Origin: Candidatus Bathyarchaeota archaeon
GTDB taxonomy: Archaea > Thermoproteota > Bathyarchaeia > 40CM-2-53-6
Length of the DNA: 64,000 nucleotides
Direction of reading: 5' to 3'
Assembly: GCA_963726255.1 (NCBI GenBank)
Contig: CAVSBL010000002.1
Coordinates: 1,920,001 to 1,984,000, forward strand
In this document: positions 40,190 to 47,989 of the stretch, one piece after another
Numbering within the stretch: the first letter of the stretch is position 1
Layout: each line of letters begins with the position of its first letter
The notes under the pieces: generated by a model
The model's input: only the letters and a program-made list of their open reading frames with translations
Database searches by the model: none
Told to the model about the DNA's origin: nothing
Program-made: the position numbers and the translations under genes

Positions 40190-40300
40190 TTGTATCCAGA
40201 ACCTTCCCGCCGCAATTGCCCCAAATGTGCTCGGTGCGGTGGATGCACACAATGGTCAAACGGAAGATGGTTCTGCTTGTTCTGTAGAATCTACTACTAA
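40190..40300 (+). CDS. Zinc-ribbon microprotein, 36 aa (not in ORF track)
   Basis: MYPEPSRRNCPKCARCGGCTQWSNGRWFCLFCRIYY; TTG start. Confidence 0.6.
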   Translation: MYPEPSRRNCPKCARCGGCTQWSNGRWFCLFCRIYY

Positions 40301-40434
40301 GCATCCTTCATGCTACCGGTGGTTTCTGGTTGGGCGAGTTGCGGTTTGCGTCAATCTGTAGGTGTGACTAGGTTTGAGGCTTCCAATACCTTATTAGTCC
40401 GCTTGCGGGGGGATTCCCGAATCGGTGTTTCTGA

Positions 40435-41040
40435 TTGAGTGAATACTACTTGCCAGGCGCAACAACGATCGGCATCGTCTGCAAAGATGGCGTAATACTC
40501 GCTGCCGAACGGCGCGTCACATACGGATATTTCGTCATGAGCAAGAGCGGTAAGAAGGTCTTCAAGATCGCTGACAAGATTGGCGCAGCATGCGCCGGCA
40601 TAGTTGCTGACATGCAAATCCTGACCCGCGAAGTCGGCGCCTACCTCAACCTCTACACCTACGAACGGGAGCAAAGCGTGACCGTCCGCACAGCCGCCAA
40701 GCTGATGGGTAGCATGCTCTTCGAGCGACGCTACTTCCCATACCTCGCACAAACAATCGTTGGCGGAATCGACGAGGGCGGCCCGAGATTGTTCGTTCTC
40801 GACCCGTTGGGATCAGTTATCGAAGACAAGTATACAGCGGTGGGCTCCGGGTCGGAAATCGCTATGGGTCTTCTTGAAAGCGAATTCAAGGAAGGCCTCT
40901 CCATTGAGGAAGCGAAGGGTCTTGCAAGGAAGGCCGTGAAGGCTGCTTCGGCCCGGGATATAGGCAGCGGCGAAGGCCTTGACATGCTCATCATAACAAA
41001 CAACGGCGTGCTCGAAGAACAAGAACTGCCCGCCAAGTAG
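40435..41040 (+). CDS. psmB: Proteasome beta subunit, probably non-catalytic
   Basis: GATTIGIV, AAERR, KVFKI, AGIVAD, GSGS, RDIGSG. Confidence 0.93.
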   Translation: MSEYYLPGATTIGIVCKDGVILAAERRVTYGYFVMSKSGKKVFKIADKIGAACAGIVADMQILTREVGAYLNLYTYEREQSVTVRTAAKLMGSMLFERRYFPYLAQTIVGGIDEGGPRLFVLDPLGSVIEDKYTAVGSGSEIAMGLLESEFKEGLSIEEAKGLARKAVKAASARDIGSGEGLDMLIITNNGVLEEQELPAK

Positions 41041-41095
41041 CCAGCGAGCAACCTTATTTCAAAGGAAGATTCCTCGCAGCCAGCCAGCGAGCCCT

Positions 41096-41743
41096 ATGCT
41101 CTCCAAGAGCGACGTTGAAAAAATCCAGGCCGAGTTACTCTCCTACGACAAGGCAAGGGAGAAACTTCAAACATTAACCCGTAACGCGACTAGGTTATGC
41201 AGCTGGGCGATAATACAAGTTCACCGCGGAAAACTTGGCGAAGCCATCAAAACCCTCAACGAAGCAAAACGCTCACTCGACGAACTCCAAAGTCTCCTCA
41301 CCGCCCACTCTGAGCTGCCGCAATTCGGGCAAGTTCTCGTCGCTTTCCAAGAGTACGCGGAAGCAAAACTACTCTTCCACTTGAAAAAGAAAGGCACCAT
41401 AGCGTCCCTGCAAGACGTTGGCACTAGCAGCACGGCCTACCTCCTCGGCATGTTAGACTTCATCGGCGAAATGCGCCGAATGATCCTCGACGCGCTCAGG
41501 CGGGCGGACGCTGACCAAGCTCAGAACCTACTCACAAAGATGGAGAGCCTATACGAAGAACTCATGTCCCTCGACCGAACATCAATCCTTCCGAACTTTC
41601 GAAGAAAACTTGATGCAGACCGGAGGATACTAGAGACTACGCGCGGCGATGTAGCAACCGACCTACGCCGCGTCTCCCTGGAAAAAGCACTCCGCAGCGT
41701 AGAACGCAAGCTTAGTTCCAGCGGCAAAACTAAACGCGGTTGA
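41096..41743 (+). CDS. Translin/TRAX-family protein
   Basis: QEYAEA, YLLGMLDFIGEMRR, RRKLD. Confidence 0.88.
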   Translation: MLSKSDVEKIQAELLSYDKAREKLQTLTRNATRLCSWAIIQVHRGKLGEAIKTLNEAKRSLDELQSLLTAHSELPQFGQVLVAFQEYAEAKLLFHLKKKGTIASLQDVGTSSTAYLLGMLDFIGEMRRMILDALRRADADQAQNLLTKMESLYEELMSLDRTSILPNFRRKLDADRRILETTRGDVATDLRRVSLEKALRSVERKLSSSGKTKRG

Positions 41744-41744
41744 A

Positions 41745-42407
41745 ATGCCAATCCGGATTCCAAGCAGGATCTCACCTCGCGCAGCGATAGCCCTTCAGGA
41801 GAAACTCGCGTCACTCGTCAGTGAGACCACCGACCTTCCAGAGAAGACTGCCGGCCTAGTAGGTTGCGATGCGACATACTTCCGCGAGACGACTGTAGCC
41901 GCAGCGACGCTCGTCGATTACGACAACCTTGCACTTCTCAAAACCAAGTGCCTAAGGGAGCGGACTAGGTTCCCCTACATCCCTGGCTTGCTGGCATTTA
42001 GAGAAGGCCCGGCTGTCTTGCGAGCGATTCGAGCATTGAGAACCAAATCATACGTTTGCCTAGTGGACGCGCATGGGTTAGCCCATCCACGAAAATTTGG
42101 CTTAGCTTGCTTTGTCGGCGTAGCTTTGAACCGTCCCACAATTGGAGTGGCAAAAAGCCTGCTCTATGGTTGGGTTCGGGGAAAACAGGTAGTTGATCGT
42201 GAAGGTTATCCGATCGCAGAGCTCGTCCCGTTGCCGCAGAGTGAGAAAATGGTCTATGTGAGCGTCGGACACAAAGTATCCTTAAAGGACGCTGTGGAAA
42301 TTATCAAACACTGCCTTACCGCACGAGGGCCGGCTCCAATCATCTTCGCACACGATGAGGTAACGAAAAGCAAATGGCAACTCAAGAAATCAAACCCAGC
42401 CTCCTAA
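41745..42407 (+). CDS. nfi: Endonuclease V
   Basis: FPYIPGLLAFRE, VDAHGLAHPR.FGLA, IGVAKS, YVSVGH. Confidence 0.92.
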   Translation: MPIRIPSRISPRAAIALQEKLASLVSETTDLPEKTAGLVGCDATYFRETTVAAATLVDYDNLALLKTKCLRERTRFPYIPGLLAFREGPAVLRAIRALRTKSYVCLVDAHGLAHPRKFGLACFVGVALNRPTIGVAKSLLYGWVRGKQVVDREGYPIAELVPLPQSEKMVYVSVGHKVSLKDAVEIIKHCLTARGPAPIIFAHDEVTKSKWQLKKSNPAS

Positions 42408-43078
42408 TCACGCTTTACAAACTGATCGAAGTCGGCGCTTACCCAGACGAAGTAATTTTCACAACAAGCGAGCTAGCAAAGCTTCTCGGCGCGTCCCAGC
42501 AAACCGCCTCCCGGCACTTAATTGAACTTGAAAAGATGGGGTTAATTCACCGCGTCCGCTTGGGCAGGCGGGAATCAATCAAGATTACCACTGGCGGCGT
42601 CAAACACCTCGACAACATGTTCCTAACCTTGAAGCGGGCTTTTGAGATGAAGAAAACTGAAATCGTGTTCGAAGGCGCCGTCTTTTCGGGGCTCGGGGAG
42701 GGCGCGTACTACATGAGTCAGGAGGGTTACCGGAAACAGTTCACTGAGAAGCTAGGTTTTGAGCCATACCCTGGGACCTTGAACCTTCGAGTACGGAAAG
42801 AGAACCAGGAAGAAGTGCGCATGCTTGAGGCTTCACCATTCATACTCATTGAAGGCTTTACGGACGGAAACCGGAGCTTCGGCCCTGCAAAATGTTTCCA
42901 CGGAAAAATCGCCGACAAAATAGAAGGAGCACTCATCTTCCCCGTTAGAACCCATTATTCGGGGGACGTAGTTGAAATCATCTCACCCGAACAGCTGCGA
43001 AAGGCGTTGCACTCAAAAGACGGGGACACGGTCAAAGTTAGGGCGTTTACCTCAGTTCCTAAACGACCTTCCAACTAA
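42374..43078 (+). CDS. ribK: CTP-dependent riboflavin kinase with N-terminal winged helix (RbkR type)
   Basis: SQQTASR HTH; SGLGEGAYY, PYPGTLN, RTHY, EIISP. Confidence 0.93.
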   Translation: MATQEIKPSLLITLYKLIEVGAYPDEVIFTTSELAKLLGASQQTASRHLIELEKMGLIHRVRLGRRESIKITTGGVKHLDNMFLTLKRAFEMKKTEIVFEGAVFSGLGEGAYYMSQEGYRKQFTEKLGFEPYPGTLNLRVRKENQEEVRMLEASPFILIEGFTDGNRSFGPAKCFHGKIADKIEGALIFPVRTHYSGDVVEIISPEQLRKALHSKDGDTVKVRAFTSVPKRPSN

Positions 43079-43201
43079 CCGACACATACCGTCGAACTAG
43101 ACATCTACTCGCACGTGAATGTATTGGCCAGAATACACATTCAATGGTAAGGTGTCCTACACCCCAATGCCGTCTCTAAGCAATTGAAACCGAGTTGGCT
43201 G

Positions 43202-43834
43202 TTAGCGGGGTTCCTCAGAGAACTTCTGCCTGAGCGACGAGGAGCTTGCATATTTCTCATGATCGAATTTTGAGAGCTTCACGATCTGAATCTGTAGCTT
43301 GTGCCTTTCAATGATTTCACGTACGGTGTTCTCTAGTTTTTCTTGATCGTAGCCAAAGGCTACTATGTTTGGCATGACCTCCATCAAAACTTGCTCAAAA
43401 CCAAACCCAACGTCCTCATAACCCAAGATTGCCTTGTCAACGGGCTTCAGGCCCTCGACGAGTGCCCGTCTATCATTTTCTGGGAAGAGGGGTTTGCGGC
43501 CCTTCAACACTTCAACCGTCACATCGGTCGCGACAACTGCGACCAGGACGTCGCCGAGAGACTTCGCTTCGCTCAATGCAGCTAGGTGGCCTAAGTGAAG
43601 GACATCATAAACTCCGCCGGCCAAGATGACTTTGATTTGGCTGCGGCCTTTATCTGTCAACGAGTAGTGGAGGTCGCCGCTCTCATCCTTCGTCAGATAC
43701 CCAAGGTTTAGGAGATTTTGAAGTTCAGATCTGCCCGCCGATATTTCAAACTCTTGCTGGGTGAAGGGTCCGTGCCTGAGCTGCAAAAGGTATGCTGCTT
43801 TGATGAAGGATTTTAGATCCTCTGAGCTCATCAC
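43202..43834 (-). CDS. ribL: FAD synthase with an N-terminal wHTH-like extension
   Basis: GGVYDVLHLGH, GRKP, FGYDQ, SSS; N-terminal YSLTDKGR wing motif. Confidence 0.85.
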   Translation of the reverse strand: MMSSEDLKSFIKAAYLLQLRHGPFTQQEFEISAGRSELQNLLNLGYLTKDESGDLHYSLTDKGRSQIKVILAGGVYDVLHLGHLAALSEAKSLGDVLVAVVATDVTVEVLKGRKPLFPENDRRALVEGLKPVDKAILGYEDVGFGFEQVLMEVMPNIVAFGYDQEKLENTVREIIERHKLQIQIVKLSKFDHEKYASSSSLRQKFSEEPR

Positions 43835-43888
43835 GCCACAGCCGCCAAATATACTCGTGCCCTAGAGACAAAATCTCCACTAAAGGGC

Positions 43889-44173
43889 TTATTGGGTTTC
43901 TGTCTCGACATTTCTGGTCAGGTTCAGAAATTTCAACGCGTCGAGCAACCCTTCTGCATATGCGATTGATGCCAACGCTGTTGTGGGTTTACCGCTCGTG
44001 AGATAGAAGCGGGCGTCTTGCAAATAGCGATGTATGGCGTCTGAAACCTTTGCAATGTTTGCAACTTCTACCACTCTGCATTCTTTCAGGGGATTATTTT
44101 GTTGAAGGGCCTTCTCCATGGTAGCGATGTATCTGCGTGCGCGTTCCGCCGAGTCTTCGCTAGGCTGGCTCAT
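43889..44173 (-). CDS. DUF357 protein
   Basis: YLQDARFY, ALASIAYAEGLLDAL. Confidence 0.88.
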   Translation of the reverse strand: MSQPSEDSAERARRYIATMEKALQQNNPLKECRVVEVANIAKVSDAIHRYLQDARFYLTSGKPTTALASIAYAEGLLDALKFLNLTRNVETETQ

Positions 44174-44973
44174 TGCCCTATTGTCACCAGTTCTTTTCGG
44201 GCTCCGCAGAGTAGCTGAAGTGCTTCTGCTTCAACAAAGTGGAGTTGGCCTGGGAAAATCATGACGTAAGGTGGTCCCCCGAAATCAGTTTGCTCCAGTT
44301 CTGAGACGGTGCCAGCTTTGATTTTCATGTCGGGTGCTTCGAGGCGGGAGATTCCCACTGCCAGCGTTTCGGTGCCGATTGGGCTGATTGAGCTCTGCTT
44401 GGAGGCGTTGAGGAGTTGCCTTAGGGCTTCGGGGATTGTGATGTGGTGTTTGTTCTCGACATCCACTTCCAAGAGCACGAGCGAATGCAGCCCCGAAGAG
44501 AAGTTGCCCTTTATGGCTATGTGGACGCTTTCGGGAAATTCCCCCTGCCAAGAAGCGGGGATGGTTACAGTTCTGCCGAACTTATACGACTGCAGCCCCG
44601 CTACTCCTGCGGCTGCTGAGCCAACAGAGGCAGCGTGAACTATGCTCGTTCGGACCCCAGCTTTGTGTGCACGTAGTCGCAGGTCCACATGGGTCGTTGC
44701 AACCATGGGATCACCTGGAACCAGAAATCCAACCTTCCCACCCTTAGCCTTGGACAGTATTACCTGCTCAGCTCGTTCTTCGACGTCAACACGTGAGAGA
44801 ACCTGCACCGTTTTTCCAACGGTTTTCATAAGATTCTCCAGGTTCAGGCCGGGCATCACACTGGTATAGAATTCCGCAAAGAGATAGGTGCATGATTTCG
44901 CCTCCGTTAGGCCTCGAAGCGATAGCCCAAATTCGTCGTATAGGCCTAGACCGATGAAGACTAGCTCTGCCAA
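44170..44973 (-). CDS. dph5: Diphthine synthase
   Basis: IGLGL, EFYTS, GDPMVATTH, GLQSYKFG, GLHSLVLL. Confidence 0.95.
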   Translation of the reverse strand: MAELVFIGLGLYDEFGLSLRGLTEAKSCTYLFAEFYTSVMPGLNLENLMKTVGKTVQVLSRVDVEERAEQVILSKAKGGKVGFLVPGDPMVATTHVDLRLRAHKAGVRTSIVHAASVGSAAAGVAGLQSYKFGRTVTIPASWQGEFPESVHIAIKGNFSSGLHSLVLLEVDVENKHHITIPEALRQLLNASKQSSISPIGTETLAVGISRLEAPDMKIKAGTVSELEQTDFGGPPYVMIFPGQLHFVEAEALQLLCGARKELVTIGQ

Positions 44974-45046
44974 CGCAAACCACTCTGGCTTGACCTTTAC
45001 GCGAACAAGGCTTTAATGCGTGGGGAAACTTTCAGAAGCTTCCGGT

Positions 45047-45173
45047 GGGTCCGTAGCTCAGCCAGGTAGAGCGGCGGATCGGGCGCGAGCCGAAGCTCTT
45101 AGCAACCTGAGGGATACCCGAAGGTCGAGAGCCATCAAAGGCCGACAGGGTTCAAATCCCTCCGGACCCGCCA
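45047..45173 (+). tRNA. tRNA-Lys(CTT) with three BHB introns (30/31, 37/38, 51/52); CCA encoded
   Basis: Removing 45078-45094, 45102-45115 and 45130-45148 gives a 77-nt cloverleaf GGGTCCGTAGCTCAGCCAGGTAGAGCGGCGGGCTCTTAACCCGAAGGTCGAGGGTTCAAATCCCTCCGGACCCGCCA; TTTAAT TATA box at about 45012. Confidence 0.92.
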
Positions 45174-45367
45174 TCAAATCCGGATTCAAAAGACGTGAGC
45201 TAGAGTAACCCGCTTAAGATCGGCCTGGCTTCCGAGTTATGCCTGTTACACACTCCGCAGGGATAGAGGCCTTCCCTCCTAACTCATATCGTGCAATTTT
45301 TTGTGGGCTTCCCTAATGGTGCGCACACATACAGAACTGTGAAATTCATGACTAGATCTCTGTCTTG

Positions 45368-46291
45368 ATGTGGGCTGGAAGGATGGGCTGGCTGAACGAT
45401 GTCTACGGACGGACGATTGTGACACGAACCGATTGGTGGAAGACGTTGCCTCGGAAGATCTACTCGGAACTTCAGAAACTCGAATCCGACCAATTATGGT
45501 TCGAAGTCTACAAGATTGAACCCGACATCTACGTCTTCTACGAGTCTGGCCAGTACGAGGAAGCGATATCCTACCTTGTAGTCGGAAATGGAAAGGCAGC
45601 CCTAATCGATACTGGATGCGGGATAGGTAACGTAAAGCTGCTCGCTGAAGGGTTTACACAATTGCCCATCGTGGTCGTGAACACACACAGCCATTACGAC
45701 CACGTAGCACAGAACTATATGTTCAAGGAAATTGCACTGTTTGATGCGCCGAATGCACGCCAAGCCGCCGAAAACGGTTACAGCAAGGCCGAGATGTCTC
45801 ATCTTCTCGCCGAAGGGATGCTTTGGAAGACTCTGCCTCAGGGTTTTGATTCAGAGAACTACCACGTGCCCCCCTTCACGGTGACCTCATGGCTGCAGGA
45901 TGGCGATATTATCGATCTGGGGGACAGGAAGCTGGAGGTCATCCATACTCCAGGCCACAGCCCTGACTCCATATGCCTGCTCGACAGAGAGGCTAAGCTG
46001 CTCTGGACAGGGGATACTTTCTACACTGGTGCACTCTTCGTTCACCTGCCAGGTAGTGACCTCAACCTCTTCATCAATAGCTACGAGAAACTGATTGCTC
46101 TCTCTCGTCTTTACCAGAGACTTATGCCCAGCCACAACGAACCCTGGGTTGACAAGACGATTCTTGAGGAAGTCCTTGGAGGGGCCCGAGAGATTAGGGC
46201 TGGCAGGACAGGATACACCGAAGACCTCGAAGGCACTAGGATCCGTAGGTACGACTACTCACGTTTTTCAATCATAACCAAAGCCCGATGA
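45368..46291 (+). CDS. MBL-fold metallo-hydrolase
   Basis: IDTG, THSHYDH, HTPGHSPD, TGD, PSH. Confidence 0.92.
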   Translation: MWAGRMGWLNDVYGRTIVTRTDWWKTLPRKIYSELQKLESDQLWFEVYKIEPDIYVFYESGQYEEAISYLVVGNGKAALIDTGCGIGNVKLLAEGFTQLPIVVVNTHSHYDHVAQNYMFKEIALFDAPNARQAAENGYSKAEMSHLLAEGMLWKTLPQGFDSENYHVPPFTVTSWLQDGDIIDLGDRKLEVIHTPGHSPDSICLLDREAKLLWTGDTFYTGALFVHLPGSDLNLFINSYEKLIALSRLYQRLMPSHNEPWVDKTILEEVLGGAREIRAGRTGYTEDLEGTRIRRYDYSRFSIITKAR

Positions 46292-46396
46292 GTAAGCCAG
46301 GCCTAGCGCCAGGCCCCTCTAACCCATTTCTCAAGCTCGTCTCGAACGTGCATTTAGCCGCTAGCATGCCAGCTGGGTAAATCTCTAGAAGCTGCG

Positions 46397-46618
46397 ATGA
46401 TGTATGCTATGGCGGGAGTAACTATGACTGAGGACAAAGGTGCTGTTTTGGCTAAGATGGACGCTGCAGCGGAGGAAGCAGAAAAAGAGCTCGCAACATT
46501 GGACCAAAAAGCTGTCGAAGTTTTAGCCGCATGGTGGCTTAAGTGGTACATTACCGCGGGACACAAACGTTTAGGTAGATTGCTCGTAAAGATAGCAAAG
46601 TCTGCAGCTAAGAAATGA
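46397..46618 (+). CDS. Small hypothetical protein
   Basis: Helical, with a WWLKWYITAGHKRLGR motif. Confidence 0.65.
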   Translation: MMYAMAGVTMTEDKGAVLAKMDAAAEEAEKELATLDQKAVEVLAAWWLKWYITAGHKRLGRLLVKIAKSAAKK

Positions 46619-46757
46619 AAGATGACCGGTCTTTTCTTAGAGCACAGGCATCTCGATGGTCAACGAGCACACCATTAGACCCATGCACAATCCGATACTA
46701 TCCAGTACCGATAAGTAGTGAAATGCACGTTTTCCATTTCACTAAGGCGAATCCGAA

Positions 46758-47201
46758 TTGACAGGAAAAGCGTTTGCATTATTCACTTCGAGAACAATCA
46801 TCGTTCACATCATCACCTACGTGATCGCGGGCATCGTGGCTTACTGGGTTCAATGGGGCGGTGTGTATGGTGGGCCTGCAATGCAAACGTACATGAAAGC
46901 TCCAGGCGAATTCGCCCCGTGGGTGATTCCCTCTCTGGTTCTGCGGGGATTCATTTTGGCGGTAGCGCTCTACCCGTTTCTCGGCAGAATTCTTGAAATG
47001 AAACGGTGGGGTTGGCTGTCCGTCTCCTCACTCTACCTACTCATTGGGACAGTAGCTGGAAGCGGCGGTATCATCGTTCACATCGTCTTCACAACTACTC
47101 CCATACTCTTTACTTTGGAAACGCTTCCGGAGATAACTGCGCAAGGGTTGATGTTCGGATATCTACTGGTGTACTGGGAGCAGCGGTCGCATCGGAAATG
47201 A
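46758..47201 (+). CDS. Hypothetical four-TM membrane protein
   Basis: Hydrophobic segments; TTG start. Confidence 0.7.
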   Translation: MTGKAFALFTSRTIIVHIITYVIAGIVAYWVQWGGVYGGPAMQTYMKAPGEFAPWVIPSLVLRGFILAVALYPFLGRILEMKRWGWLSVSSLYLLIGTVAGSGGIIVHIVFTTTPILFTLETLPEITAQGLMFGYLLVYWEQRSHRK

Positions 47202-47261
47202 ATTGTCTATTTAAACCGTCGTTGGTTTGACGGTGTGTGGCACTATTCGTGTGTCGCTGAG

Positions 47262-47303
47262 TGAACCCACGATATTGGTGGGTTCGTATCCCACCGGCCC
47301 CAC
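47262..47303 (+). repeat. tRNA-3'-end-derived att-like site, copy 1
   Basis: TGAACCCAC-GATATTG-GTGGGTTCGTATCCCACCGGCCCCAC: T-arm plus acceptor 3' strand, with no 5' tRNA half upstream. Confidence 0.85.
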
Positions 47304-47335
47304 AATTGTTCGCTATGAGAGATAATTCATTGGCC

Positions 47336-47602
47336 TCAAAGGTACGCTGTTTCGCGTCTAGCGATTTTGAAAACGAGAATTTCATCTTTTGTCAGTGTTG
47401 CGTACAGGATTCTATAGTCGCCAACTCTGACCCTGTAGGCATTTGGTGCTCCTCTGAGTTTTCTGCAACCTGCGGGATAAGGCGTTCGGGAGAGTTCGGA
47501 TATCTTCTCTTCGAGCCGCCTTCTTACGTCTGAGGAGGTTTCCCGAAGAGCTTTCGCTGCCTTGCGTGACAGAAAGACCCTGAACGCTTGCGGGTCCTTG
47601 AT
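47336..47602 (-). CDS. relE: RelE/ParE-family toxin lacking a canonical start codon (not in ORF track)
   Basis: FRVFLSRKAAKAL...PYPAGCRKLRGAPNAYRVRVGDYRILY...IARRETAYL. Open frame from an upstream TAA at 47603-47605, with no ATG/GTG/TTG before the domain. Confidence 0.8.
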   Translation of the reverse strand: MKDPQAFRVFLSRKAAKALRETSSDVRRRLEEKISELSRTPYPAGCRKLRGAPNAYRVRVGDYRILYATLTKDEILVFKIARRETAYL

Positions 47603-47766
47603 TTAAGCGGCCTGAAAGTGACAGTCCTGCCTTCGCGATGTTCCTTCATCGCTTCCTCAAGCGCCTTCTTATCGTCAGCTGTCATTTCTTCCCCGAGTAC
47701 CTCTTCTATTGCTTCAAGCCTTTCCCTAATGAGATGAAGCTCCTTTTCGAGAATTAGCTTCGACAT
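47524..47766 (-). CDS. Putative RelB-like antitoxin
   Basis: EEMTADDKKALEEAMKEHREGRTV archaeal antitoxin pattern; overlaps relE; TTTAAA box about 27 nt upstream. Confidence 0.75.
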   Translation of the reverse strand: MSKLILEKELHLIRERLEAIEEVLGEEMTADDKKALEEAMKEHREGRTVTFRPLKSRTRKRSGSFCHARQRKLFGKPPQT

Positions 47767-47885
47767 GGCAACTTAACAATCCGGCTCCCGTCTTTAAATC
47801 GTTCTCCTCAAGTGCCAAACCAGACAGCGCACCCACGGGTTGTTTGATTTCCGTTACTAGCCGTCTAGTGGTGGAAGAAGTTGTC

Positions 47886-47928
47886 TGAACCCACTATGTC
47901 GTGGGTTCGTATCCCACCGGCCCCACCA
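47886..47928 (+). repeat. tRNA-3'-end-derived att-like site, copy 2 (adjacent to the integrase)
   Basis: TGAACCCAC-TATGTC-GTGGGTTCGTATCCCACCGGCCCCACCA; 26-nt core identical to copy 1. Confidence 0.88.
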
Positions 47929-47989
47929 CTCTCGTGGGTACAATCAGCAACTATATAAGTCCAATACAGACATCGCGCCTCGATGTCAG

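Noticed and set aside
47850-47928. Complete tRNA gene before the integrase
   Set aside because: No GGGGCCG 5' acceptor strand or anticodon arm; the T-loop lacks A58
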